NCBI GenBank assembly: GCA_051294375.1 | Contig: CM119266.1 | Location: 5,613,040 to 5,629,946, forward strand | DNA: 16,907 bases | Direction: 5' to 3' | Source: Paraspadella gotoi | Taxonomy: Eukaryota > Animalia > Chaetognatha | In this document: positions 1 to 10,840 of the stretch, piece after piece | Position numbering within the stretch: the first letter of the stretch is position 1 | Layout of the letters: each line of letters begins with the position of its first letter | Notes under the pieces: model-generated | What the model was told of the DNA's origin: nothing | Seen by the model: the letters and a program-made list of their open reading frames with translations, nothing else | Databases searched by the model: none | Made by a program: the position numbers and the translations under genes

Positions 1-22
1 ATATATATATATATATATATAT
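1..22. repeat. (AT)n microsatellite at window start
   Basis: Perfect AT dinucleotide run read directly from the sequence. Confidence 0.95.
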
Positions 23-220
23 AAATATCGTTAACACTCGATAAAGACGAACCTTGTTGTTTTACTCGTCCTCTTTGTCGTCGTTGTAGTCGTCGTCGTC
101 GTTGTCTTTAACGTCCTCTTTATCGTCGTCGTCGATCTAATTTATTGACATCGAGTCTAATTTTTTTTGTTCATTTAACTCGATTAACATATTTTTTTTC
201 GATTCTTTAACAAGAAAAAT

Positions 221-500
221 ATTAGAGAGGAAAGAGAAAGAAAAATATTAGAGAGGAAAGAGAAGAAAGAAAAAGATTAGAGAGGAAAGAGAAGAAAGAA
301 AAAGATTAGAGAGGAAAGAGAAGAAAGAAAAAGATTAGAGAGGAGAGAGAAGAAAGAAAAAGATTAGAGAGGAAAGAGAAGAAAGAAAAAGATTAGAGAG
401 GAGAGAGAAGAAAGAAAAAGATTAGAGACGAAAGAGAAGAAAGAAAAAGATTAAAGAGGAGAGAGAAGAAAGAAAAAGATTAGAGAGGAAAGAGAAGAAA
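221..500. repeat. 29-bp purine-rich tandem minisatellite, ~9.5 copies, consensus ATTAGAGAGGAAAGAGAAGAAAGAAAAAG
   Basis: Unit starts at 221, 247, 276, 305, 334, 363, 392, 421, 450 and 479. The period is exactly 29 after a shorter first unit, with few substitutions. Confidence 0.95.
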
Positions 501-1017
501 GCGAAACCCGCTTCCTCTGCAGGTGCGAGAGGGAGTGACGACGACGACGACGACAACGATGACGATGAAGAATAAGGCGATGTCACTAATAAAGAATAAA
601 ATGTTCTTAAATGTCTTTTCAACTCAAAAACTAAATCAGAATAAAGGAAAGAACAACAGTAAAGAGAACAAAAGGTGGACGACGACGACGACGACGACGA
701 CGACTAAAGCGGCGGCTTCGTTTGGTCTAAAAAGAAAAACAAAATAACAACGAATTTTTCTTCTTCTTCTTTCTTGTTTTTCTTTCGTGTCTTTTGTTTG
801 TTTTCGTTGGTAAAGAATCCAAACATCAGCGCCGCTCGATCCCCCGACGGCGGCGAAGCGAAACGAGAAAAAAAAGAAAGAAAACAAAAGAACAAATTTT
901 CTTTTTCTTTTCCTTTTTATCTTCTTTTGTGTTTACGACTTTTTTTGAGAATCCCGGACGAAAGCGACGCTAGACGGAGAAGACGGAAAACTGGAGAAAA
1001 CAAAACAGCATCGATGA

Positions 1018-1126
<109 letters not shown>

Positions 1127-1252
1127 TTCAACAGTGAGAAAAGCAGAGAGATACAAAGGCGTAACAACTAATATCAAGTTATTGTCCTTAAATCTAACAT
1201 TAAAACTTCATCACCCCTTCGGTCGGCTTTTCGGTCGGCTTTTCGGTCGTCC

Positions 1253-1442
1253 NNNNNNNNNNNNNNNNNNNNNNNNNNNNNNNNNNNNNNNNNNNNNNNN
1301 NNNNNNNNNNNNNNNNNNNNNNNNNNNNNNNNNNNNNNNNNNNNNNNNNNNNNNNNNNNNNNNNNNNNNNNNNNNNNNNNNNNNNNNNNNNNNNNNNNNN
1401 NNNNNNNNNNNNNNNNNNNNNNNNNNNNNNNNNNNNNNNNNN
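1253..1442. other. Assembly gap (190 N) falling in the 12-bp TTTCGGTCGGCC repeat
   Basis: Run of N. The left flank is the start of the 12-bp repeat that is seen complete in copy B. Confidence 0.98.
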
Positions 1443-1857
1443 TTTTTTTTTCAAAAATACATAAAAAGGAGAAAAAATAAAGAAATTGTCTATGATCTTT
1501 ATTCTTCGATCAACACCTGCGACGATGACGCTGCCGCCGCTGCATCCGCTCCTGCTGACGCTGCCGCCGCTGCCGCTACCTCAGCAACGTCAGGCAGCCG
1601 CCGCAACGTCCAGTCAGCCGATGATTTATTTTTTTCCAGTCATTCATTAGATAAAATTAATCATCCGAAGAGAGAGAGTCTTGTTCAGAAGAAGACGACG
1701 ACGACGACGACGAAAACGATTCGATCCCAGCGCCGACTATATCGTCCCCTTAAAAGTCGTCCTCGTTGTTGTTTCTAGTCATGTTTTAAGAAGAAACAAG
1801 AAAACAAAACATGAGAAAGAAAAAAAAAAGGATTTATGATCGGGAAAGGAAGACGAA

Positions 1858-1893
<36 letters not shown>

Positions 1894-2575
1894 TATCGAT
1901 GACGGGTCACGATCCTGAGGACAAGATTTTGGAATTTGATTAAAAATATGTTTTGTTGCTGAAAGAAAAATGAAGAGAGATGAATAGAATGAATTCAAAT
2001 GAATACAAATGAATATATATCTCTTATATAACATTGGGGGGGAGAAAGCGAAAACAGATTTTTAAAAGTATTTAAAATCGAAAAGTTGACTTGGTAAATA
2101 ATAAAGTAAATGATGTTTATTATATATTTAGTTTTTTTTATTTACTTTTTTATCCAAATATCTATGAATTTTAAATGAAATGTAAAAAGCAGAAGAAATA
2201 AACCAGTCGTCTTTTTGTATGTTTATTTCATATAAAAAGTTTGATACAACAACAATATACATATGTTAAAAAAAAATATCATAAGAGTAACAATAATTTT
2301 ATCTTTTATTTTTGAAAGAATATTTTCTTTTTCACTTTTTTTTTAACCTCGTCCACTTATTCCTCCTTTCTGCTTTACCAATCAAACTCACCCCATAACC
2401 TGACCCCAAAGCCAAAACAGCTATCGCAACTTACCCATCAATCATTTCCTGTCGCCCTTACCAATTCCGGGCCTGACTCGAGTCCCACGATCCGAAAAAG
2501 GTATGTTCGACAAAACGAAGACAGAAAAATTGATTTCTGCCTCCTTGATTTCTCTCTCTCTCTCTCTCTCTCTCT

Positions 2576-3020
2576 NNNNNNNNNNNNNNNNNNNNNNNNN
2601 NNNNNNNNNNNNNNNNNNNNNNNNNNNNNNNNNNNNNNNNNNNNNNNNNNNNNNNNNNNNNNNNNNNNNNNNNNNNNNNNNNNNNNNNNNNNNNNNNNNN
2701 NNNNNNNNNNNNNNNNNNNNNNNNNNNNNNNNNNNNNNNNNNNNNNNNNNNNNNNNNNNNNNNNNNNNNNNNNNNNNNNNNNNNNNNNNNNNAATTTGGC
2801 GCCTTCCAGTTTTCGGTTTGAATCAAATGGGTTTGTTGGATTTAATTGAGACAAGCACAGAATGAAAGAAAGAAAGAAAGANNNNNNNNNNNNNNNNNNN
2901 NNNNNNNNNNNNNNNNNNNNNNNNNNNNNNNNNNNNNNNNNNNNNNNNNNNNNNNNNNNNNNNNNNNNNNNNNNNNNNNNNNNNNNNNNNNNNNNNNNNN
3001 NNNNNNNNNNNNNNNNNNNN
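2576..3020. other. Two assembly gaps (2576-2792 and 2882-3020) at (CT)n and (GAAA)n microsatellites
   Basis: Runs of N flanked by simple repeats. The equivalent sequence is at ~5720-6125 in copy B. Confidence 0.97.
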
Positions 3021-3052
<32 letters not shown>

Positions 3053-3306
3053 TTTTTCATTCTATTAGACGACTTATATTTTAAAACTGATATTGGTCTA
3101 TTGGTCTATAATCTTCGCCCAGTAAAATTTTATTTAAACCCAAACTTATAATTTTAGCTAAACATAAAATTCACAAACCTTACCCGCTTTTCTTTATCCG
3201 CGTTGGGTGAGTCATTCATTGATTCTCTCATCTTCTTCTTCTTCTTCTTCTTCTTCTTTTGGCATCAGATTTCCCTCTCAATTTACCTCACCTTTTTTTC
3301 GCTCTT

Positions 3307-3340
<34 letters not shown>

Positions 3341-3525
3341 TCTCTATCTCTCTCAAACCCGCTGTTTTGAGGGTTTTGTTGTCGTTGTTGTCAAAAAAAG
3401 AAACATCGCTCTTGGCAAAGTTTTACAAGTTTCTTCTCGTGTTTGTAATTTTATGTATTTTTGTAAAAAAAAAGTTAGCTTTTTTTTATTCTCACATTGC
3501 AAATTGGATGTTGTGAATACAAATT

Positions 3526-3677
<152 letters not shown>

Positions 3678-4141
3678 AATTTGAATCAATTTCACTTCGA
3701 TTTGCCCTTTTCCTGAGTCATCTTCTTCGGTGGTCTCTCTTTGTTGTTGTTGTTGTTGTCGTTGTTGTTGTTATTCCCATCGATTTAACCGTCGTCATCG
3801 TCGTCATCGTCATTATAGTCGTCGTCGTTGTTGTCGCAATGAAAGTAGAATGTGTAAGAAATGATGAATAAAGACGAGAGGAACAGAGACAGAGACAAAG
3901 ACAGAGACAAAGACAAAGACAGAGACAGTATCGGAGAAAGAGACAGAAACAGTGACAGAGAAAGAAACAGAGACAGAGAGATCTTTGTTTTGAGGGACAC
4001 AAAACAAAACGAAGACTCAAACTTAAACTTAAAATTTTATTCAACTTTTTGTCCACGAATTTTGTGAATATTTTAAAGGGAGAGGGAGAGAAGGAGAGAG
4101 GGAGAGAGAGGTAAATTTTCTCCCTGAAGGAGCATCGATGA

Positions 4142-4235
<94 letters not shown>

Positions 4236-4356
4236 TTCAAGGCGTCCCCCTTAACTATCACAGATATTCAACAGTGAGAAAAGCAGAGAGATACAAAGGC
4301 GTAACAACTAATATCAAGTTATTGTCCTTAAATCTAACATTAATAACTTCACCACC

Positions 4357-4512
4357 CTTTCGTCGCTTTCGGTCGGCTTTTCGGTCGTCCTTTCGGTCGT
4401 CCTTTCGGTCGTCCTTTCGGTCGGCCTTTCGGTCGGCCTTTCGGTCGGGCTTTCGGTCGGCCTTTCGGTCGGCCTTTCGGTCGCCTTTCGGTCGGCCTAT
4501 CGGTCGGCCTTT
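4357..4512. repeat. 12-bp GC-rich tandem repeat, ~13 copies, consensus TTTCGGTCG(G/T)CC
   Basis: Repeated CTTTCGGTCGGC and CTTTCGGTCGTC units, which give the RSAF/RSSF repeat in ORF 4274-4528. Confidence 0.93.
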
Positions 4513-5010
4513 CCCTCCTTTTTATTAACCAACTCGCCGGTCCTAATTTTTATATTTTTCCAAAATACATAAAAAGGAGAAAAAATAAGAAATTGTCTAT
4601 GATCTTTATTCTTCGATCAACACCTGCGACGATGACGCTGCCGCCGCTGCATCCGCTCCTGCTGACGCTGCCGCCGCTGCCGGCTACCTCAGCAACGTCA
4701 GGCAGCCGCGCAACGTTCCAGTCAGCCGGATGATTTATTTTTTTCCAGTCACTTCATTAGATAAAATTAATCATCCGAAGAGAGAGAGTCTTGTTCAGAA
4801 GAAGACGACGACGACGACGACAACGAACGACGACGACGACGACGAAACGACGACGACGACGACGAAAACGATTCGATCCCAGCGCCGACTATATCGTCCC
4901 CTTAAAAGTCGTCCTCGTTGTTGTTTCTAGTCATGTTTTTAAGAAAGAAACAAGAAAACAAAAACATGAGAAGAAAAAAAAAAGGATTTATGATCGGGAA
5001 AGGAAGACGA

Positions 5011-5046
<36 letters not shown>

Positions 5047-5718
5047 TATCCGATGACGGGTCACCGATCCTGAGGACAAGATTTTGGAATTTGATTAAAA
5101 ATATGTTTTGTTGCTGAAAGAAAAATGAAGAGAGATGAATAGAATGAATTCAAATGAATACAAATGATATATATATCTCTTATAATAACATTGGGGGGAG
5201 AAAGCGAAAACAGATTTTTAAAAGTATTTAAAAATCGAAAAGTTTTGACCTTGGTAAATAATAAAGTAAATGATGTTTATTATATATTTAGTTTTTTTTA
5301 TTTACTTTTTTATCCCAAATATCTATGAATTTTAAATGAAATGTAAAAAGCAGAAGAAATAACAGTCGTCTTTTGTATGTTTATTTACATATAAAAAGTT
5401 TGAATAAACAACAATATACATATGTTAAAAAAAAAATATCATAAGAAGTAACAATAATTTTATCTTTTATTTTTGAAAGAATATTTTCTTTTATCACTTT
5501 TTTTTTACGCTCATCCACTTATTCCTCCTTTCTGCTTACCAATCAAACTCACCCCATAACCCTGACCCCAAAGCCAAAACAGGTATCGCAACTTACCCAT
5601 CAATCATTTCCTGTCGCCCTTACCATTCCGGGCCTGACTCGAGTCCCACGATCCGAAAAAGGTATGTTCGACAAAAACGAAGACAGAAAAATTGATTTTG
5701 CCCCTGATTTCTCTCTTC

Positions 5719-5769
<51 letters not shown>

Positions 5770-5773
5770 GCTT

Positions 5774-5816
<43 letters not shown>

Positions 5817-6000
5817 TTTCATTTCTTCATTAATTAACACCTCGGATTTATCACTTCCGTCGTTCTTTAGTAACAGTTTCTCCGAACGAAATTCGTTACG
5901 AGATTCTCGGATTTTTTTTACTTTGAAGATTAAATTTGGCGCCTTCCAGTTTTCGGTTTGAATCAAATGGTTTGTTGATTTATTGAGACAAGCACAGAAT

Positions 6001-6028
6001 GAAAGAAAGAAAGAAAGAATAGAAAGGA

Positions 6029-6079
<51 letters not shown>

Positions 6080-6081
6080 GA

Positions 6082-6125
<44 letters not shown>
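6001..6125. repeat. (GAAA)n tetranucleotide microsatellite
   Basis: Read directly, with a few interruptions. Confidence 0.95.
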
Positions 6126-6126
<1 letters not shown>

Positions 6127-6380
6127 TTTTTCATTCTATTAGACGATTATATTTTTAAAAACTGATATTGGTCTATGGTCTATAATCTTCGCCCAGTAAA
6201 ATTTTATTTAAACCCAAACTTATAATTTATCTAAACATAAAATTCACAAACCTTACCCGCTTTTCTTTATCCGCGTTGGTGAGTCATTCATGATTCTCTC
6301 ATCTTCTTCTTTCTTCTTCTTCTTCTTCTTCTTTTGGCATCAGATTTCCCTCTCATTTTCTCACCTTTTTTTCGGCTCTT

Positions 6381-6414
<34 letters not shown>

Positions 6415-6600
6415 TCTAGTCTCTCTCAACCCGCTGTTTTGAGGGTTTTGTTTTGTCGTTGTTGTCAAAAAAAGAAACATCGCTCTTGGCAAGTTTTACC
6501 AAGTTTCTTCTCGTGTTTGTAATTTTATGTATTTTTGTAAAAAAAAAAAGTTAGTTTTTTTTTATTCTCACATTGCAAATTGGATGTGTGAATACAAATT

Positions 6601-6682
<82 letters not shown>

Positions 6683-7086
6683 TTGAATTTGAATCAATTT
6701 CACTTCGATTTGCCCTTTTTCCTGAGTCATCTTCTTCGGTGGTTCTCTCTTTGTTGTGTTGTTGTTGTCGTTGTTTTGTTATTCCCATCGATTTAACCGT
6801 CGTCATCGTCCTCATCGTCATTATAGTCGTCGTCGTTGTTGTCGCAATGAAAGTAGAATGTGTAGAAATGATGAATAAAGACGAGAGGAACAGAGACAGA
6901 GACCAAGCAGAGACAAAGACAAAGACAGAAGACATATCGGAGAAAGAGACAGAAACAGTGACAGAGAAAGAAACAGAGAACAGAGAGATCTTTGTTTCAT
7001 AGGGACACAAAACAAAACGAAGACTCAAACTTAAACTTAAAATTTTATTCAACTTTTTGTCACGAATTATGGTGAATATTTTAAAA

Positions 7087-7157
7087 GGGAGAGGGAGAAG
7101 AAGAGAAAGAGAGAGGGAGAGGGAAGGAGAAGGAGGAGGGAGAGGAGAGAGAGAGAG

Positions 7158-7196
<39 letters not shown>

Positions 7197-7768
7197 GTAG
7201 TCTGTAGAGGGAGAGACAGAGGGAGGAGGGTGGGAGAGAGAGGGAGATGAAGAGAGGGAAAGAGAGAAGAGGAAAGAGGGAGTGAGAAGAGAAGAGAGAG
7301 GGAGTGAGAGAGAGGAAGAGAGAGGAATAGAGAGGGAGATGAGGAGGGAAAGAGAGAGGAAGAGACGCAGGGAGATGAAGGGAGGGAAAGAGAGAGGAAG
7401 AGACGAGGGAGATGAAGGACGGAAAGAGAGAGGAAGAAGACGAGGGAGATGAAGGAGGGAAAGAGAGAGGAGAGACGAGGGAGATGAAGGAGGGAAAGAG
7501 AGAGGAAGAGACGAGGGAGATGAAGGAGGGAAAAGAGAGAGGAAGAGCACGAGGAGCAGATTGAAGGGAGGAAAGAGAGGAGCGAAGAGAACAGAGGGAG
7601 ATGAAGGGACGGGAAAGATGAGGGAGGAAAGAGACGAGGAAGAGATGAACGGAGGGAAAGAGACGATGAAGAGACGAAGGGAGATGAAGGGAGGGAGAGA
7701 GCAGACGAGGAAGACGGAGGCTGAGGGAGATGAAGGGAGAGGAAAAGAGAGAGCAAGAGACGAGGGGA
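7087..7768. repeat. ~680 bp polypurine tract containing a ~36-bp minisatellite (GAGGGAGATGAAGGAGGGAAAGAGAGAGGAAGAGAC)
   Basis: The GGGAGATGAAG core occurs at ~7370, 7407, 7444, 7479 and 7515 (spacing 35-37), with degenerate copies at ~7596, 7679 and 7725. The strand is almost entirely A/G. Confidence 0.88.
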
Positions 7769-8819
7769 ACAACGGAAAAGATTAAAAGGCAAATGACGGC
7801 CGGCGAGCTGGTGTCGAGTTCTTCGGCAAGCTTTTCGTTTTCTGACGGAACAAGCACGAAAAAAACAACAACAACAACAGACACACAACAACACAACAAC
7901 AACAACAACCGAAAACAAATTCTACCACCCAAACACATTGCGGTGGTCCTTTTCCCCCTCACCCCCCACGTCACCAAAAACACATCACCCGTCCCCCCCA
8001 TTCCCATCTCGTTAAGCGATCATCGGCCCGCCCCCCACCTGCCACCCCCGCACCGCAGAGAGTTTTTTACGCTGTTTTTACGAAAGATATGAAAAAAAAA
8101 AAAAGATTTTGATTACGCGTTTAAAATTTGATGAGTTTGACAAGAGGATCGTCGAGAGTGAAGATGCGAGAGTGAATTTGAGAGCCCTGGTTTGGGAAAT
8201 AACACCTGAGCTAATTTTGAACCTTATTAACCAACGCTATATCAGATTTCATGAAAAACTAAGACTCTTTCAAAAAGTTTGTGTGAAAGATGTATTGATG
8301 AATATAAACTTGGATTACGGAAAGGAAGCGTTCTTAATTTTCTGTCCCGATTCTTCACGATTCTCTCTCTCTTCTTCTCTCGTCTCTCTCTCTCTCTCTT
8401 CTCTTCTCTCTTCTCTTCTGCGCTTCTTTCTCTCTTCTCTCTCTCTCTCTCAAACCAACCCCTCCGACTCCCCTCAATCTCGAATCCACCAAACGGCCCC
8501 AGTCTCCATTTAACAAACATGTTTTTACTTGTCTCTGACTTTTCAGGATTTTAATGATTACATTTTACTTTTTTTGAAAAAAAAACAACCAAAGTTTTTG
8601 ACGGTTACAACTACTTAAAAAAAAAAAGGATTTTGACGAGGGTGAAAAATAAAAATTAGAGTGTGGGGGGGTAATTCCAATTTTATTAAAAATGGTCGAT
8701 TGTAATTAAATTCGATGTCAAATTTGGACAATTAACATTTTCATTATGAGTAATTCTCTATCTCTTTTCCTATTTCAATTCCATACAACATTAAAAAACA
8801 GCTATCGCGCCCCTCACTT

Positions 8820-8859
8820 TGGACACTGGACACTGGACACTGGACACTGGACACTGGAC
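8820..8859. repeat. 7-bp tandem repeat (TGGACAC)x5.7
   Basis: TGGACACTGGACACTGGACACTGGACACTGGACACTGGAC read directly. Confidence 0.95.
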
Positions 8860-8952
8860 TGTTCAATGGAATGGCCATAATGGATTGAGGCCTCAAACTC
8901 TTACAAGATATTAAGATAACTGGTAACTTCAAGACTCACTAAACAGTAATCA

Positions 8953-8977
8953 NNNNNNNNNNNNNNNNNNNNNNNNN
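8953..8977. other. 25-N placeholder gap
   Basis: Exactly 25 N, the same length as the gap at 16677-16701. Confidence 0.97.
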
Positions 8978-9724
8978 ACCGGATGCCTGCATCGTGAAAT
9001 CTTATCATTAAATTTCTTATCGATTGAAATGACGTCATGTGTTCTATGCTTACAATCGAAGCTTACGTCATTACATCTGCAGATTAAACCATGACGTCAA
9101 ATCTTTAAGTTTTAGAAAATCGGCCTTTCGATTTAGATTAAGGAGACAATTTAAGAAAGGTTACACTGATCATTTGTTTTCTACGAGCCTCAGTTCGAAT
9201 CTAATTTGCGTATTATTCTTAATTTATAAGTTAGACTTCCTATTCACCGTAGTATTGTATATTAGGAAATTATTCGAGGGATTTGGGGCAGTTTTTATTC
9301 GAGACCTGTTATACAACCTGTAATTTTTAATTTTATATACGAGAATGATTAAATTAATTAACATATTAGTAATTTCCAGGGATCATAAGAATTCCATGAA
9401 GTTTGTGCGTGAAAAGCTTCTTTTCGAAAATTTCCTATTTTTTTGAGTATCTGTCATTTCTATTTGATGTCAACGACATGAAATGCTTGTAATTAAGCTT
9501 GTGAAGTTGAGTGGCTTAACAGTATTTTGTCTTTATTCAACGTTCTAACCTTGACATCAGTCCTTATATTTGGAGCATCGAACTTAAATGACATGTCAGC
9601 CTTACCAATATCTCAAAAGACAAATTTAATTTCTTTTAATAAGAAAAAAATGATAAACTATTTTATGTTTCAATTCATCTAGGATGCTAAATCAAAAGAA
9701 CATGATCATTCAAAATATGATACA

Positions 9725-9760
<36 letters not shown>

Positions 9761-10017
9761 CTCCACAGGGTAAAGTAAAAAAAAAGAGGATATGATTCTC
9801 TTATTAATGGATTTCCACGAATGTTCGTGACAGCCAAGCCTGGGGGGGAGAGAGAGAGATATGAGAGAGTAGAGAATGAGAGAGCCGAGAGATGAGAAGA
9901 GAGAGAGAGAGATGAGAGAAGACTACTCTGAATGGAGATGAGCATGAGAGAGAGAGAGTGGCAGATGGTTCTGACTTAAAACGTCAAGGACCGATGGTCG
10001 AGGATGACCACCGCAAG

Positions 10018-10048
<31 letters not shown>
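10018..10048. repeat. (GAC)n trinucleotide microsatellite, one of many GAC/GTC runs in the window
   Basis: Read directly. Similar runs are at ~78-105, 537-560, 678-704, 1858-1893, 5012-5046 and 10494-10531. Confidence 0.93.
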
Positions 10049-10049
<1 letters not shown>

Positions 10050-10499
10050 CATAAACGGGCGATTTGAAAATGCTAGTCGACTTCTTGGTCGTTGTCGTCT
10101 TTGTCAGTTTTCGTCTTCATCAGTTGTCGACTTCATTGAGATTTTTCTTTGTTTCATTTCCTTCTTGTTCTTGCAATCCAGTCATCGAATCCCATTTATG
10201 TTTACACTTTCATTTGGTCAATATTTATTTTTACTACTTTCTTTCAAAAATGAAAATTTCAAAATTGCTTGTTTCGCTATTTTAAAATATTCCTTTTTTA
10301 AATTTTACTATTTAATTTAGATTTTTTAAATATATATATATAAACAATTATACATTTCTTTTTTAAAATTTTTTAAATTATTTTATTTATTTATTTATTT
10401 ATTTAAGTTATTTATTTATTTATTCACTTTTTTATTTATATTTCTTTTCTTAATTAAACTTTTCAGATTCTTTTATTATTGTCATTATTGTCATCGTCG

Positions 10500-10531
<32 letters not shown>

Positions 10532-10598
10532 TCCATTGCCTTAGGACTTCTTCTTTTTCCCCCGTCCTTTTTTTTTCCAAGGAAGAAATATTTTCTCG

Positions 10599-10668
10599 CA
10601 GATGTCAAGTAGATGCAAACAGATGTCAAGTTGATGCAAACAGATGTCAAGTAGATGCAAACAGATGT
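10599..10668. repeat. 21-bp tandem repeat x3.3 (CAGATGTCAAGT[A/T]GATGCAAA)
   Basis: Unit starts at 10599, 10620, 10641 and 10662, with one substitution among the full copies. Confidence 0.95.
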
Positions 10669-10840
10669 TTGCTCGGAGGAAGTCGGTTTAGTTTTCTTGT
10701 TGTTTACGATTTTTAAAGACGTCAACTTCTCTTTTTTTTTTACCGGTTCCAGAGAGAGAGAGAGAGAGAGGCAATGAAGTAAGAGAAGGCCTTTCTAATA
10801 ATCTGCAACTGTCATTGAAACTTTAGCAAAGACTTGAATT

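Larger units (their letters stand above)
4131..7100 (+). repeat. Copy B of the ~3.1 kb tandem duplication (gap-free, many 1-bp indels relative to copy A)
   Basis: Begins AGCATCGATGAACGAAG(AG)n at 4131 and supplies sequence for all three gaps of copy A. Differences are dominated by single-base indels. Confidence 0.93.

Noticed and set aside
4357-4512. 12-bp, 21-bp and 29-bp arrays considered as CRISPR arrays or iterons
   Set aside because: The repeats are contiguous with no unique spacers, there are no cas or rep genes, and the context looks eukaryotic.
6525-8007. Overlapping 415-, 283- and 308-aa minus-strand ORFs
   Set aside because: All three frames are open because the strand is polypyrimidine. 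The products are S/L/P/F low complexity.
8109-8360. Protein-like stretch (KFDEFDKRIVESEDARVNLRALVWEITPEL...)
   Set aside because: It has no ATG start, no recognisable family and no clear splice pair. A run of ~85 codons can occur by chance in a window this size. It is worth a BLASTX search but cannot be called.
8820-8859. (TGGACAC)n considered as a telomeric repeat
   Set aside because: It is short and internal, and lacks the G-run of typical telomere units.
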